Origin: Podarcis gaigeae
Lineage: Eukaryota
Assembly (NCBI GenBank): GCA_964106915.2
Contig: OZ066917.1
Strand: one strand, 5' to 3'
Length of the DNA stretch: 64,000 bases
The first letter of the stretch is position 1; the number at the start of each line of letters is the position of its first letter. Positions 62,742-64,000 of this stretch are shown piece after piece. The position numbers and the translations under genes are program-made. The notes below the pieces were generated by a model that worked only from the letters and a program-made list of their open reading frames with translations, did not search any database and was not told where the DNA came from.

Positions 62742-64000
62742 TCAAACTATTTTTTTTTGGGGGGGGGGGTATACCACCAGGAACAGTATCCATGCCTCTC
62801 TTCAAGAGCATTGGCTATTATTCTTTAATTCTCCATGACACATTTTTTGTGAACTGGGATTTCCAACTCTAACAAATATGAAAGATCAGAAAAAGCAAGG
62901 CTTCTTTGTGTTGAGGAGGAGAAAAAAGTTTCTATCAAATTAGAACTAATATAAATGAGACTACTAGGCAAAGGCAAGCTCACACCTGTCATTGAGTTGG
63001 TATACTTAAGGTACAAATGTAACAGGCTTGTTTATCATTATATTTTGGGAATGATTCACGTTCTTACATAGCTGCATTGCCTTATGCTTTCTGGATGTCC
63101 CATGATCACATTATAAACTGGTTGTGTTCTATGTTATGAATCAAGCACTGCTAGGAGTTGTTTCTTTTTGTTCTAGTGTATTTCTTATCAATTTAAAAAT
63201 TGGTGTGGTGCGAGAGAGAAAAGTGTGAAAAATCTGAAAGTATGGCCCAGAGGAAAAAAGTTTGAGAACCACTGGTATAGACAATACTGAGTTAGATGGA
63301 CCACTGGACTGACATAGTATTAGGCTGCTTCCTGCACTCCTAACTAAAGTGTGAAGAGTAAGAGAAACACATTCCTGGTCCTCAAAACCAGCCCACTTTG
63401 TTTTGTCTCTGCACTTCAGATGTCAACATCCTCTCCACCGGGACTCTGTAACAGGCCTCAGGTGGGACTGCTCTCTGCTCCCATTATGACTGTCTGGAAA
63501 AACCCAAGCTATCTTAGCGATGACGCAAATGCATGCTCCAGAAATAACAAGGCACCGATATGTTTAAACAAACAACTCTCTCTTCTGAATTATGCATTGT
63601 TTTATCACACCCACGTGATAGCACATATAAAAATGAATAAAATGGATTGCATACAATGGTGGCTTTGCCATTGTTCCAAGTGGTCCCGCTTGCACAAGGC
63701 AGGATACTCCATTTTCTCCAATCCCCCGCCCCACCCATCACTGCACTTCATGCCATTTCTCACTCTATTCCAGAGGGTCATCAAACTTTAGAAGCAGCTT
63801 TATGGAAGGGATGGAGGACTTAAATGGAATTGTGAAGGGAAGCTCAGCAAAAATTGGGTACCCTGGCTTCCATGAGTAAATGCACTTACTGATAAGGCAT
63901 ACAATTCTATGGTGATAAAGATAAAAGAACTATAAATACAAGCTATGTCGTAGATGCTCCCCCTCTCATTTTCTTATAAACCATACTATTTTAATGCTGT

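Overview
Vertebrate (squamate, most likely lacertid lizard) genomic DNA. The species call is inferred from Sauria/Squam1-type SINEs, Squam2-like SINEs and BovB. The only host gene I can support is IGSF11 on the minus strand. Six coding exons (2-7) were placed by GT-AG boundaries with consistent phases: 46604-46441, 42857-42650, 39893-39738, 35625-35503, 33731-33581 and 32469-32028. They encode Ig-V, Ig-C2, TM, an acidic stretch and a cytoplasmic tail ending in the PDZ ligand -GSLV. A probable 3'UTR runs to about 29620. The signal-peptide exon 1 is not confidently found and probably lies beyond 64 kb. The rest is intergenic or intronic and TE-rich. It holds a young 5'-truncated L1 (7120-11714, one nonsense codon in ORF2, 18-bp TSD) nested in an older antisense L1, five Sauria SINEs, about nine Squam2-like SINEs, BovB/L2/CR1 fragments and several TA-flanked non-autonomous Tc1/mariner-type elements. 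The most striking structure is a pair of 1.4-1.5 kb GC-rich, palindrome-packed non-autonomous transposons in inverted orientation. They bracket IGSF11 exons 2-4, which total 528 nt, phase 1 to phase 1. This is the architecture expected to promote back-splicing into a stop-free circular RNA or in-frame exon skipping; the functional consequence is inferred, not shown. Most short ORFs in the track are spurious.
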